Origin: Octopus sinensis
Taxonomy: Eukaryota
Assembly: GCF_006345805.1 (NCBI RefSeq)
Contig: NC_042997.1
Coordinates: 4,526,001 to 4,590,000, forward strand
DNA length: 64,000 nucleotides
Reading direction: 5' to 3'
Shown: positions 13,101 through 27,757 of the stretch, piece after piece
How positions within the stretch are numbered: the first letter of the stretch is position 1
How the letters are laid out: each line of letters starts with the position of its first letter
Notes under the pieces: model-generated
Databases searched by the model: none
The model's input: only the letters and a program-made list of their open reading frames with translations
Told to the model about the DNA's origin: nothing
Position numbers and translations under genes: made by a program

Positions 13101-15374
13101 CATATATACATATATACAAGTGTCAAGTTTATCCAGTTTCATCCCTTTGCGTTTATCGTGTCAACCCACCTGTGAAGCTGCACCTATACAAATACAATAT
13201 ATATATAATACTGACTATTTTAAAACTAATTAATGTTCTTTAGCAAATACACTCTACAGAACTTGTTGAAACTGCACCTAACCCGATTCTCACGCACCAA
13301 GTGTGTATAAATTGATCCTCTTATCGTCAATACAATAAATATATTAAAACATGCAACTCTTTATGTAATTTGTGAGATACGCAATTATTTTTAAACGAAA
13401 TATAATGTATAGAAGAGATAAATGTGAAGTATTCAGAAGTTTATATTTATTTGTTTCAAATACTAACATCAAATTTGCAAAGCAATTATATAGTTATACA
13501 AGAAAAAGAAAATTAATGTGTGTAATTGAAAATTGTTCAATAAGAGTCAAAAGTCATTATATAACAACAAAGCAGCGCACGTGTGCATTCATACAGACTG
13601 GTAATCAAAATTTATTCGAACGTACCAACACACAGAAATGCGCCAACACCAGCACTAAAATGAACCGCTTCATCGGCACCTTAGACTTCATGTCAATGTG
13701 ACAGCATCGCAGTAATAGATGGCTTAGTGATAGTAGAAAAATAGGTGTCGAGACAATTGGATTATGGAGAGGATGTAGTACAAGTTAAAATGAATTACAA
13801 ATGATTAATCACCTGCTAAGCCATCTGTGATCGAAAGTTATTGATTTTACAATTTTCATGTGTTTGCTATAGCAGCAGTCATGAATGTGATTGTTACGGA
13901 AAAGAGTAAATCCTCATTCAGGAATTGATAGTGTTGATGGATGGTTATGGCTGGCTATCTGTGGTGGTAGTAGCGACTCTATCTCTGATAAATAGTTCGC
14001 TTAAAAACGAACTATTTAGGAAGCGATAATCTGCCAACAAGAATGTTTTCTGATAATAGAATTTCGAATATATTTCTTGAACTAGTTTAGATTAATTATA
14101 AGGATTGTAGCAATGAAATTTGAACTGATTTTGCTATGGGATATTGTATCCCACAGTGCAGTTTTCGAAGTTCCACGTGCACTGAAAAGAAATAAATTTA
14201 GCTGTCAGTTGTTCGGGCATGAGTAATTGAAATGCTTATTAAAATATTAATGTTTTGAGTACTGGTAGGTATAATATCTAGTGTAGATATATGGATAGAT
14301 TAATAACGCCTCTGGATGGTATACATTGTATGGATAATAGCAATTACGATAATTATGTTTTTAAAGCATAGCTGGTTAGTAATAGTAATTACTGTTTGTA
14401 ATGTAGCCTCTGTCAACAAACTTAGTTGCACGACAAATTATGATACATGCTAGTTAAACTATGATTTAACTAGTACAGTATTTCCATGTTAATTCTATTC
14501 AATGGATATTCCAAACAGAATGTGCGTAAATAATTATGAAGGCGGATTTGATAACTTAAATGCTAATATAATCAGTCTATTCGACTTTCAAATATTTTCC
14601 ATCTAGCCACACACAAATTTACATTACCAGATATTTTTCGAAAATATCTTGCAGTGATATTTTGATTCAGGAATACAGCTTTATGTAACAAACTTGTTAG
14701 CCTATCGTTCATGCGTCCAGCTAAATATAGCTGTGCGATTTTTGGAGAATATTTATCAGGTGTATATCTCTTTATAGATTTATGAATTTTGGTAAAAAAA
14801 AATGTTTTTTAAATATAGGCTGCATTGATAGGTTAATCGAAATAAATATTGAGATAAATAATATGTCACAACCTTATCATTTATTTGTAGTATGTAGCTT
14901 ATCAAGCCATCATTTCATTGATTTGATGACACATGATAATTAGAAATGTAAAATAAAGTAAAAACTTTAAAATTATTCATACCAGATGAGGGTTAAATTA
15001 TTTGCTATACGCCGAGTGTAATTATAATTACAATAACACACATAAAAACCGTTCGTTCAGGACATGAAATACTGTGAGAACAATTCAGCGAATGCTGCAC
15101 TTCATTACCTTAAGTATACATAATGCATGCAGCATACCTAATATGGAAGTGAACACTAAAGTACACGTCTGTATCAGATCTGTGTTATTTGTTTAAATAA
15201 ATTTCTTCCTCTATTTCTAACAATATTGAGGTTGGTTTTATTCACTTATCGTCTTGCGTTGTTTTTCGATACACGCATTTGTTCGCATATGTACGTGGGT
15301 GCGTCTGTGTGTGCATGTGTGTGTGTGTATGTATGTATGTATGTATGTATGTATTATGTATTTATGTATGCCAT

Positions 15375-15810
15375 CATTTGCGCCTCCTGCCACGGGGTAG
15401 GGTCATCTGGGTCTCTTGTTAGCGAGAGATACTGGCTTACTTTGAAAACACCTACAACAACTTTGTGTAGGTCACGTAGGCTCTTTGTGGGAATATTAAA
15501 AAGCTGTGGGCCCTTCAACACAGGCTTTTGCAGTAACTAGTCCTAAACCCTTGGAATATTTGGCACTGTGCAGTGGCGACCCGTTCTGGAATTTATGGCT
15601 CTTTCGATGCCAAATGTGTCACAGATTCTACCAGGATCTTCCAGATGTATCTTACTGCTTTTCTGTGCCGCTCCATGGGATAGAGTCTTAGTTATTTCAA
15701 CCTTTCCGCGTAACTGAGTTGTTGCAATAGGCCGACCATCTTTGTGAAGCTTCACTGGATTGCTTCAAGTTTCGCTGCTAATTTTATACTGTGGGGTGAC
15801 GACGGTGGGA
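15375..15810 (-). mobile_element. CR1-like LINE, 3' part (decayed)
   Basis: SPHSIKLAAKLEAIQ...RTGRHCTVP; homologous to the 1392-2126 protein. Confidence 0.8.
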
Positions 15811-16451
15811 AGTGCTTACGTATGTGTGTATGTGTATGAGTGTTGGTTATGGTCCAGAATCGTATTGCAAGTGTATATATGTATGTGTTTTTTCTTGTAA
15901 TGTGTGTGGGTTTGTGCACTACTGTGGGAATATTGCGTTTGTGCGTGTGTGTATATGTATGCATGTGTGTTTGCGTGGGAGGTTTGCATTGTTTATGCGT
16001 GTGGGTGATTTTGTAAATATGTATGTGTTACTGTGTGTGTTTGTTATGAGTGTGTACCTGGGAGTATGTTGAGTTGTGGTCTGTATTTTGAATAAGATTA
16101 TTTTCCATTTTTATTCCTGTTTGGTCAGTGGTATTGTGTGGGCGTTGGCATATTGGGAACTTGGCGGTGGAGTGTCATCCTTCCTCTGAGAGTAAGGATC
16201 GTTTGCCCTATGTAATCTTTGTGACACACTTCACACCTAATGGCATAAGGTAGATTCATTGATGTGAAGGTGAAGTTATTTGTTACGACAAAACTGTGTC
16301 CCGACTGAAATTTGTATATTGTTCCTTCAATGAGATGCAAGTCCTTCAGTTCGAACGACCTCATTCTTTGACGGTGATTGGTGGGCTTGTGTTGGGTAAT
16401 ATTGCATTGGTGAGTAGCTTTTTAGGGATTTGGGTTGTCTTTTGATTTTTA
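15810..16451 (-). mobile_element. Inverted copy of Penelope GIY-YIG segment (19079-19721)
   Basis: Near-identical reverse complement of 19079-19721; ORF NLPYAIRCEVCHKDYIGQT...RGRMTLH. Confidence 0.9.
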
Positions 16452-18075
16452 AGGACGAATGTCGTCCAAAGGACCATCAGTTTCCGTCCCTTCTTGTTCT
16501 GAAGGTAATAAGGATCCACCTAGCCAACCGTCTTCACTTTCTCGGCATCTAGATAATGTGCACTTGGAAATAGATACCCATGTTCCGCATAGAGTTAGGT
16601 ACTTGGATTTTAATACCCTGTAAGTTTTTCGATCATGTTTTGGCGCTGGCAGCGCATGGCTCAGGAGTTTTCAGCATTAAACTGCATGTTATTGTCCTCA
16701 GCTCTTCTGTAAATTGAGTCCAACACATGATGTCGTCGTGCAACATCGCTAGGGTTTTGCATTTTCTGCGAGACTTTCGTATCGTCTGCGTAGGTTGCAA
16801 GGGTGGCTATCCGGGCAGCTGAGGGGATATCTGGGAGGGCCACTATTGAAAGCAGTGGATCCAAGTTAGTACTCTGTTGAACACCACTCACTATTTGTGT
16901 TTTCTTTGAAGTGGCTCCATTGGTCACTACTGCTTGACTTCACTCTTTCAGAAAGTCATATAATAACTCTCCAAGTTTTCCAGCTAAGCCGAGATCACGC
17001 AGTTTGTACCATATCATGGCATAATCAAATTTATCAAAAGATTTGAGGAATTCAGAATATATTACATCCACATTTGAGTTGTTGAGTAACTTCCTAAACA
17101 CACATGCATAGTGCTGAAAGAGCTGGGTCAAGCAGCATCTACTTGGTCGAAAACCATGCTGAGTATCACTCGGCAATTCGTTTTCTTTAAAGAAATGCAA
17201 TTAGTTTACATCTGAATATTCACTCCATGATTTTTCTCATGTGTGGGTTTAGAGACATTGGACTATAATTCTTGTATCGGGCACATATCCTTTATGAATC
17301 GGGCACATTATTCCCTACTTCAGCTTGCTTGGCAGCTTGCCATTTGTAAGAAAACTCTGTAAGATAATCTGTAGTGGTTTTGCCAGGGCACGTTTACACT
17401 ATTTGAGCAGCATTACTGGGAAACCATGACGGCCAGCAGTTGATTTTGCGACCTCCTCAGCTATGGCTATTATTATATCGTTTTCACTAATGTCGGTGTA
17501 ATCCATCGTAACTGCCTCGCTGACTATAGGTGAGGGCCTTTCAAATGTCTGGTCACTCAGTACCTCACTGATACGGGTTGGGCTATCTGCGAGGGAGCCA
17601 TCCTTTGGATAGAGGGGTTCGATTTTGCAGCGTTGTGAGTCTATGTCTTTGACGTAATGAAAGATGGCCATTAGGGTTGACTTGAATAATTTTATAACCG
17701 ATGCTTCTTTGTAGGCTTTCTCATTCACATAGGATCGTTGCAGGTTTTTTTCAGTTTTATAAGTACTGTTTTTAGGTTTAAGTACTAATTTTGGTACGTT
17801 GTTTTCAGCAACTTTCAGTCTTCGTCCATCCTTTCATGAGGATTTTCCTTTCCCTTGGAATATTGTACTCTTTTGCGTTGGACTTGCGCTCTGTGACATC
17901 ATTTTGGAATATGGTTTGCATAACAGACATGAAATATTCTAGTCAGATGCCAATGTCTGGTATGGTAAGGCATTTCAGCCAGTTCTATCCTAGGATCCCT
18001 TTTCTGACCGATGTCCAGTCTGCATTGTGGAAGTTCAGATTAGAGAGATTTTGGATGCTTCCACTGGGCTGTATC
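16452..18075 (-). mobile_element. CR1-like LINE, RT region (decayed)
   Basis: QHGFRPSRCCLTQL, VDVIYSEFLKSFDKFD, VSGVQQST..DPLL, YADDTK and NLNFHNADW motifs. Confidence 0.9.
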
Positions 18076-18349
18076 TCTCTGGTTACTTTTGGTCAATTAT
18101 ATGTGTGCACATTTGCGTGCGTGTGTTTCCATGTGAGTGATTAATATTTGTAGGTTATTGTGTGCGCACCTGTATGTACGTGTTTGTTCGCGGGTGTGTA
18201 TGTGTGCGTCTGTGTGTGCCTGTGTATGTTTGTGTATTTTTTGTTGGGGGGGATGTTATGTGTGTGTACGTGGGTTTGTGTGTGTGTGTCTGTCTGAGTA
18301 TCTTTGTGTTGTTATAATTATCCTTGTTGTGTGTATGTATGTGTGCTGT

Positions 18350-19500
18350 TGGTATTTGTCAGATATCAGCGACTGCAATGGGTACTAAAGTTGACCTACT
18401 TATGCAAACCTTTTGATGGCCTATCTAGAATTACAAATTTATGAAGACTCCAAATCAAAACCCCGCCTGTCTTTCAACAAACACCTGTTGGAGAATTGGA
18501 AAGGCTACTTGGATGATTGACTCATTCTATGGTCCCACACATTCGATCAAATCAATGATTTCAAATACTTAAGCGACAGTATCAAAAACCATATCCAATT
18601 TACAATGGAATATAGTCGAGACCAAATTCCTTTTCTTGACATTCTTATTTTAAAAGAGACACCAACATTGAAACTGATATCCACTACAAACCAACTGATT
18701 CCATACAATACCGTCTGTTCACATCCAATCGCCCAAAGCACGCGAAGACAAACATGCCTTTCAGCCTAGCGAGAAGAATCTGTACGATTGTCTCAAATTA
18801 TAGAACGCGAAATAAAAGACTCTAGGGACTAAAGGCAATTTTTCTCGAAAGACATTACGCAGCATATTAGTTGACAATGGAAAAGAACGGGCCGAGACAA
18901 TCACTACCCAAGACTTACGAAAACCGAGCCATACTCACGTTACATTAAATCGTCTACCATATCACTCATCACACAATCTAAGAAATGCAGAAGCTTACAC
19001 AATACAGCTTATACAAGAACACCCCACTACTGAGTCAAGATCCACGACTAAAAAAATCCCTTGAAACACATAAGATAATAAAAATCAAAAGACAACCCAA
19101 ATCCCTAAAAAGCTACTCATCAATGCAATATTACCCAACACAAGCCCACCAATCACCGTCAAAGAATGAGGTCGTTCGAACTGAAGGACTGCATCTCATT
19201 GAAGGAACAATATACAAATTGCACTCGGGACACAGTTTTGTCGTAACAAATAACTTCACCTACACATCAATTAATCTACCTTATGCAATTAGGTGTGAAG
19301 TCTGTCACAAAGATTACATAGGGCAAACGATCCTTACTCTCAGAGGAAGGATGACAGTCCACCGCCAAGTTTTCCCACTATGCCAACGCCCACACAACCC
19401 CACTGACCAAACAGGAATAAAAATGGGAAATAATCTTATTCAAAATACAGACTACAACTCAACATACTCCCAGGTACACACTCATAACAAACACACACAG
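18350..19500 (+). mobile_element. Penelope-like element: RT C-half + GIY-YIG endonuclease, pseudogenised
   Basis: TAMGTK..PTYANL, WKGYLDD, IQFTMEYSRDQIPFLDI, YKPTDS, NMPFSLARRICTIVS, then NLPYAIRCEVC..YIGQT...RMTVHR. Frameshifts and stops. Confidence 0.92.
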
Positions 19501-20720
19501 TAACACATACATATTTACAAAATCACCCACACGCAAAAACAATGCAAACCTCCCACGCAAACACACATGCATACATATACACACAAACACAAATGCAATA
19601 TTCCCACAGTAGTGCACAAACCCACACACATTACAAGAAAAAACACATACATATATACACTTGCAATACGATTCTGGACCATAACCAACACTCATACACA
19701 TACACACATACGTAAGCACTTAAATGCATAGACCTACACACTCCACCCACACTATTACAAATACCATTCACAGAAACACACCCACACATACACAGATACA
19801 CACACACACACACAATTACAACACAACCGACACAAACACACACGCGTATATACACATATATGTACACTCACACACACAAACACAACAGGCACGTTCCGCA
19901 ATAAAAAATCACACACACACACTCTAAAGAAATAAACACACGCATGCACAGAATACAATCCCAATAATCACAACAAACACTCACAAATACACAGTCATAC
20001 ACACATACACACGAGCATGCACACAAACAATGACACAAACCTCCCCGACAAATACAAGACACAGACACACTCATACAAACACACGCATACGTATACGCAC
20101 ACCCTGCACTAATAATACAAACAAAACAAATCACTCCCAAATACAGCACACACACACACTCACACACTCACACACACGGAAACTACATAAACCATACTCG
20201 CATATACACACAATGCACAAGCGTATAATCAGTACCAACATGCACATACATACACATCACCCAGATAATCCCAACACACAAGGGCCCGCACAGAACCCCT
20301 GATAAATACACATTACATACACGCAGACACATACACGCCCACATATACCTGCATAACCTCAAACACACATATGGTTGCTTACGCACACACATATACCACA
20401 AGGACAATTATGACAACATAAATATACACAGGCAGAGGAGATACAAACACTCTCACGTACACACATATAACAACCCCACCAACACAAAATACACAAACAC
20501 ACACGCATACACACGCACACATACACACACGCGCGAACAAACACATACACACATGGGCACAAAGACCACACTGACAAAATCTAATCACACACATGCACAC
20601 ACACACGCAAACGTGCACACATATTCACACACCACCCTACCAAATATAAAACACACACACACAGGCTCATATAAACTCTAGGACCAATCAAAAACAGCCC
20701 CCACATACAAACACACATAG
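19500..20720 (+). repeat. CA-rich cryptic low-complexity tract following Penelope
   Basis: Imperfect (CA)n mosaic; 20380-20625 has a diverged inverted copy at ~18095-18350. Confidence 0.75.
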
Positions 20721-20994
20721 AGACGTCACAGAGACACAGAAACTCACACAATTCTGGCCTCTAACACCAGTCGGAAAACCAACTGAACCATGACAGACTA
20801 GCCCAGAAACAGAAAAACCCTTTTGATTCCACATTGCACTACCACCTTCCCCAACCAAGCTCCCACACTGCCCCTTAAAGTAGCAAACATCCCTTAGCTA
20901 CATAGAAGGCAGAAATTGTTAGTAAGGTAGGTGAGATCCTCTTCAATATTTACATATATCTCCTTCTGTGTGTATATATATATATATATATATA

Positions 20995-21150
20995 CCGGAG
21001 TAAACACATAAATGTGAAACAAGGTGGAAAAAAGAGTACTCAAATACCAGTGGTAGAGTAATATGCTTTATTTAAAGCAGCAGAAAATTCAACAAAATCT
21101 GTTACTCTGAGTTTCTCGTTGCCGTTCATCAGACAGTTTTTGCTTGGTAG
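20995..21150 (-). mobile_element. Short HHR-bearing repeat inserted in (TA)n
   Basis: ~155-bp block flanked by (TA)n on both sides; contains the HHR at 21099-21136. Confidence 0.65.
21099..21136 (-). ncRNA. Minimal type-I hammerhead ribozyme (canonical core)
   Basis: Minus: CUGU-CUGAUGA-ACG-gcaa-CGA-GAAA-CUCAGAG-UA-ACAG. 4-bp stem I, GCAA tetraloop in stem II (closing pair mismatched), quasi-palindromic stem III, GUA site. Confidence 0.75.
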
Positions 21151-21460
21151 TATATATATATATATATATATATATATACTACCAAACAAACGTGAATTTT
21201 ATTGAACTCATAATAGTTTCTGAAATACTTTCTGGTAAACTGAGTTTGAAATTTTGTTACTATTATTAAAGAATGTATAACTGTACTTTATTTCTTTTCT
21301 GACAACCAGTACTTAACACAGCAAAGCTTACACAAACTTCATATTTTACTTTTGACAATGATTTTCTAAAAAGTGAAACAGGTCAAGTAAATGAACATCT
21401 TTAAAATTGCATTTTGAAAATTTTTTTCATATATATTTCCACTCGTGCGGTATCCTACAA

Positions 21461-21509
<49 letters not shown>

Positions 21510-21511
<2 letters not shown>

Positions 21512-21728
21512 TTAGCCACTACATACATTTTTCTCTCCTTTTTACTCTCCTTTTGTTCTTTCTTTTTTTCTCTCCTTGTTTCTCCCTTGTTTTTCTATGT
21601 ACCTTTCTGTAGAAGAGAGTAGGCTCGAAACGCAAAATACTTTTTCTACTCCTGAGCGCTATACTAATACATCTGTTTGTCTTGTACGCCACCTGCTTTC
21701 GACTTTTCTTTATTGTTGTAAACTTTCC

Positions 21729-21730
<2 letters not shown>
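21510..21730 (+). mobile_element. Solo Penelope pseudo-LTR in (TA)n, decayed HHR at 21603-21638
   Basis: Matches the pLTRs of the Penelope element at 60.6-62.8 kb; CUUU-CUGUAGA-A-GAGA-guag-GCUC-GAAA-CG. Confidence 0.75.
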
Positions 21731-21816
<86 letters not shown>

Positions 21817-22180
21817 CATATTTAGTATTTATATTATTATTTAATTGAACGCCACTCATCCATTTGCAAGTAAGTTTAAATAAATGCACGTATAAATGTG
21901 CGCGTGTGTGTGTGTGCGTGCGCGTGCAGTTAATTTACTCATCTCGGAAAAGAAGGTATGTTTGCGTTTGCTTGTATGCATATTGCACGATTATGGGTGC
22001 GTTGGTAGTTGAATTATATACAGAAGCATATACATTATGCATACTGAAAAACATGAACACAAACCACACGTCTCCATATATAGATTGTTGTGAATATATG
22101 CAATTGTAGCAACAATTAATTACATGGATAGATAGACAGATAAAGATATATATAGATTGATAAATAGATGGATAGATAGT

Positions 22181-22191
22181 TAGATAGATAA

Positions 22192-22268
<77 letters not shown>

Positions 22269-22335
22269 GATATAGATAGATAGATAGATAGATATATAGA
22301 GAGATAGAGAGATAGATAGATAGATAGATAGATAT

Positions 22336-22406
<71 letters not shown>

Positions 22407-22536
22407 TATAGAGAGATAGAGAGATAGATAGATATATAGATAGATATATAGATAGATAGATAGAGAGAGTGAGATAGATAGTTAGATAGCTAGAGATATA
22501 TATATATAGATCGATAGATAGAGAGAGATAGAGAGT

Positions 22537-22572
<36 letters not shown>

Positions 22573-22661
22573 TATAGATAGATATATAGATAGATAGATA
22601 GATAGATAGATAGACAGATAGATATATATATGGATAGATAGATAGATATATAGATACATAA

Positions 22662-22696
<35 letters not shown>
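22181..22696. repeat. (TAGA)n microsatellite
   Basis: Direct read. Confidence 0.95.
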
Positions 22697-22697
<1 letters not shown>

Positions 22698-24099
22698 CCT
22701 ATTGTTACTTTACTCGGTCAAAACTGAGAATGTATGTCTGTAAGATTTGTATCTGAATACAAACTAAATGTTCAATCTTAGCCATTAACTTCTACTTCTA
22801 TATTGCATTGTCAATATTCTTGGATATGTTTTCCATAGATTTGCAAACATTCTAACAAATAAGTATGAGACATGATTTAAAACCGAAAAATGTGAGGAAA
22901 AAATACCGAGAAAAACACAATTTTGGTTATGGATATTATCTTGCTTCGAGTTATCTTAAAATGATATTTTATAGAAATGCTAATTATTACAAGATTGCCA
23001 ATCAAATTTTCTATACATTTCTGTAGGCATATGGGCGAGATATATGTAACCCAGATAAAGAAGTAATTTTGGAATAGCAAAGTTTTCTGCCCCATGCTGT
23101 TAATTGTGTATATTTGCACTATCATGTTATCCTATGTGGAGTAATACACTGCAAAACTGAAATTATATATAATATATTAATGTGTGTGAATATATATACA
23201 TATATACATAGACATACAGACAGACACGTGCGTGGGCACTGGCACATATAATGTCTAAGTAAACAATTGAACTGAACATCATGTGGGTAGATCTGTCCCT
23301 TTGGAAATATTGTAGTAAGCGTCGTATTCTGTCAGGTATGCTCTGATGAAACATTTCTGGAGTTTTAAAGCCAGATATTGCTTCATGTAAATTTTAATAT
23401 CTGCAATTTAGAATTAAATCTTCTGAAACAACATTATTTTATTTGGGATTGTTCTACTTCTATGGTGTGGAACATTTGTTCCAAGAAACAAAATTACCTG
23501 ATAGTTGCTAGTTAGCGTTCCTGTCTCTTTGGAACACGGGTTCTATTGCCCACGTTTACTTTTCTGAAAGATAATTCTTAGGAGTACCCTTACGATGAAG
23601 ACACTATCATTGCAAAATAACTCCAACATACTACCGGCGACTGCATCACGGATGTCTTATCATTCAATTACGGTAGAAGAGTAATAATATTCTTAAGGCC
23701 TCAATTTATTCACATGCAGCATCTTCGGAGCTTTGTCGCTAATTCATTTCTTAATCAAATTGAAAATGTTAACATTTTTGAAGAGGAATGGTCTATAGCT
23801 ACATTTTGACCTAAAAATATAAATAAGGCAAAAATTGGTTTGAAATATAATTAACTTTTTTATTTAGAAAACACGCTATATTTCAATTAACGTTAAATGA
23901 TACAGATCAATTCGAAAAGTTTCATGGTATCAATCTCATGCAATGAAATTTTAAAAGAGAAAAAATATATAAATGTTTGTCTCTCAAATTTTATGATCAT
24001 AATATAGTTCAAAATTTGTATATCAATATAGTTATATAAGGGCTTTTTAATATATGTCACCGGCATTTTTGATGTACGGAATAAATTATCAACGACACC

Positions 24100-24910
24100 G
24101 CAAGGGAAATAATATCTTTATGATTATAAATTTGGACAAGTTATTACTATTAGAAATGTTCAGGACAAGTTATTACATCTGGTAAATTATAGAACCAGAG
24201 TTGTTTTTTACTTCAAATATTGCAGCGTAGAATAAATTTGAATATTTAAAGTGATTTGATTTAAATTTAACAAGTAACATTATAATGAAAAAAGAAATTA
24301 TAATTTTGTTAAAATATTGACACCCTAGAAGACATAAAAAATGACGACCAGAAGTACTAATATACCTAAAGTCATGTGCAAAGAAGAATAGTATATATGG
24401 TAGGACAACTCATCATGTAAAAATAAGCATTGGGTCAAGAATAAAAATGTGGAGACTCGGCAATTACTTAGGTAATAACTCAAACATATTTTACTGTGAA
24501 TTTGTTGTTATAAATAGATTTTACTGTAATATACAACTAATTTTTGTATTATTCTGCTCATTCTAGTAAATAATTACGAACTATTATTATCCCTATAACC
24601 TATTTTAAAAAGTCAATTAATACTTAAAAAATTAAGGTGCAAAAAGACTTTTAATTAAGTTATTTTTCAAATTTTTAATAGCAGTAACAATAACAAATAG
24701 AAGTAATAAAATTTTTAGTTTTGATAAAAGCTAACCTGTTCTAAATCTAAATATTTTATTTGAAATTTTATTCATAACTGCAATATCTTCAGTAAAATGT
24801 TCTTGTTCTGAACTTTACCAGATGTAATAAGTTGTCCTCAACTTTTCTGAGTGAAATAAGGCATCCTGTACATTTCCAGGTTTATAAACTTAAGAATATT
24901 TCTCTTGCTT
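24100..24910. mobile_element. Decayed MITE with long imperfect inverted arms
   Basis: aggacaagttattacatctggtaaa (24160-24185) is inverted at 24813-24838; homology extends over ~24100-24225 vs 24777-24910. Confidence 0.6.
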
Positions 24911-25426
24911 GCATTTTCCCATGTAATAGTTTGCTTTCTTCAATTAGCTCAAGATAAAATAAGGTTTGTTGTCCAATATCAGTCCAGAATTTTTGCTGGT
25001 TTTTCAACATCCATTGCTTTTACATAAATCAACTTTCTTTGGCAAATTATATTATGATTAGTAACCAGCTAGATTAGGTGTCTTCGACTGTTCTGACACG
25101 AGATTAATTGCTTATCAGTAATCATTCAAATAGCGCAGAATGTTTTTTTTTATGTTGCATAAATAGGTTTCAAGAGGTACAATTTGTGTGTACAACGGTG
25201 CGATATGTCTAGCTTAGTACAGAGGGTTGTGAGAGGGTGACACCGTAGTAGGATGTGAAGAGTGATGTGCTAAGCTAAGCTAAGAGAAGTAATGGTGAAC
25301 TAGGAGGAACGAATGAATGACCGATTTAGACTGCAACATTATAGCTTTTAGTTTAGAAATTCCTTTTGTAGTGAGTATATCTTTGTGTACTTAAGTCAAT
25401 AATACTGTTTCGAATGGGGATCCCTT

Positions 25427-25515
25427 TTATTTAAAGAGTTTAGATGTAACTCATTTATTTTATTTAAAGAGTTTAGATGTTACACATTTACTTTATTTAA
25501 AGAGTTTAGATGTTC
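25427..25515 (+). repeat. ~33-bp tandem repeat x2.7
   Basis: tttatttaaagagtt(t)tagatgt... occurs three times. Confidence 0.85.
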
Positions 25516-26569
25516 CTCATTTGGAGTATGCTGCTGTAATACTCTTCAATTGGAACAAACTTGAAATCAAAACTGAAATCGCCAAGCTTGGGTATATAAG
25601 AAATATGGGCATGTAACCCACTCGTTCTGAAATTTGCTTGCAACAAATATGCAGCCATGTTGGCATCTGAGAAATTTTGTGAGAGTGCGTTTTTCTTTCT
25701 CAGAGATTTTATTCCAATTTCGAACATCAGTTTAGTCAAGTACGCCTTGCAAAGTTTCTACATTTGGCATATTTTTCAATTGAAGACAACTAAGATGATT
25801 TTGCATCAAAGGAATTTTTCTGTCTGCTGCAAGTAGGGTGTCATTTTAAAAAATTTAGCACACTATATAAATGAATTGGGACGTACATAAAGAATAGAGT
25901 GACACATATAGATGGGATTTTGAATAAAGCTGAACGTAACAGAAGACCTAACCACAAAGCCGACTCCAGAAATGCATATGTTAATAATGTCTAGCGTATT
26001 GCAGGCAAGCAGCTTGCAGTCAGGTGAGTTACATGTCCAAATGTTAGGGTGATGTGGTCACAGAAGTCGTCTGACAGACATGATTGTTTCTCCTGCTTGT
26101 ATGGCATGATGCAGAGTCCTAACGCCAGACCTAGAGTCTTGCAGCAGCCACTCTCTTCAGCCACGACAGCACTACATTCTCCAGGCACGTAATGTAGGCC
26201 TCCGTGTTGAATATGAGGGCGTTTGGAAAGATAAATGAGAAGGCCTATCCAGAGTCGTACACCTTGATCATCATCAGACCTTGGCATGATAGTTATGATA
26301 TTCTATACATTTTTCACGAGTTTAATTATTTTTGATTTTACAGTACACCAACTGTAAGATGACTGAATAATAATGTTTAATATCATGTGTTCAGTTAATT
26401 ATTTGCTTCATTTTGATAATTATCTGAACTTGGTTTGCTATATTGTGTTGCAAAGCGTTATGTCTAAGCTAGAAGGTGAAAATGTCAGCTATTCAGGTCT
26501 GCTTTTAAGGGTTTTAGTGCCAGTAATCCAAACCGAAACTAAATTCATATGATAAAATTTCGCAAGTCA

Positions 26570-26791
<222 letters not shown>

Positions 26792-27300
26792 CATACATGC
26801 ACATATACGGACATGTATACGTATTTATGTACTTAAAACTTACGGGAATATTATTGTAGTATTCATGACACTGTATGATCTAAAACGTTTTTTTTTTCTT
26901 GTTTACTCTAAATCTCAAACAATATACGGCGTTTCAAATAATTTTGTTGCAAATATATTAAATATTAAAAGCGTGTATCCGAACTGAACACAATTTTTAA
27001 GTAATGTCATATCTTCCAGTATTTATTTCCTAGTTAAAACTCGGCAGATTAGTTGATTTCTGATATATACATTATTTTTACCTCCCACATATTCGCTCTA
27101 TAATCATCGGGTACATTCCGATGCTAAGAAACTACGATGTAATGCAACTTTCTTTGTAATAAATGCTTAATAAAAGATACACCCCCCTTCTATTCACTAC
27201 CATTATTAAAGTGGAAAAGTAAGTCATCGGTAGACTCTTTTAGATGTTTTAAACTTTTGTTTGTATGTATAATAATAGTGAGGAAATAATCAATGTTTAC

Positions 27301-27409
27301 CTGATAACGACAATCCGATTTGAACTATTCATATATGCACAATATTCGCATTCATCTGGGATAAGATTTCCCCAAAGACATTGTTTTCTATAGATATTGT
27401 CATCATACA
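27301..27409 (-). CDS. Candidate internal exon, Cys-rich peptide, unidentified
   Basis: Branch-like CCTAAC and TTTAG acceptor, CAG|GTAAAC donor; one open frame YDDNIYRKQCLWGNLIPDECEYCAYMNSSNRIVVI. Confidence 0.3.
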
Positions 27410-27499
27410 CTAAATATTGATATTGTGTTAGGATTAAATGAAACGCTCTCATGTACAGATCCAAACAGATATATACATAGGCACGCACACACACACATA

Positions 27500-27551
<52 letters not shown>

Positions 27552-27677
27552 ATATATACGTAGACATAAAATACAAGCACACACATGTAATTATAAGTGA
27601 GCGTCTGTGTGTAATATACGTATACTTATGTACAGATGAATGTGTCTCTCTCTATCTCTCTTTGTCTGTCTCTCTCC

Positions 27678-27757
<80 letters not shown>

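Noticed and set aside
13717-13826. 11-bp inverted repeat (agatggcttag / ctaagccatct)
   Set aside because: Too short and too far apart to support a structure.
22877-23125. Hydrophobic ORF resembling a GPCR segment
   Set aside because: In-frame stop immediately upstream, no diagnostic motif; AT-rich codons give Ile/Phe by chance.
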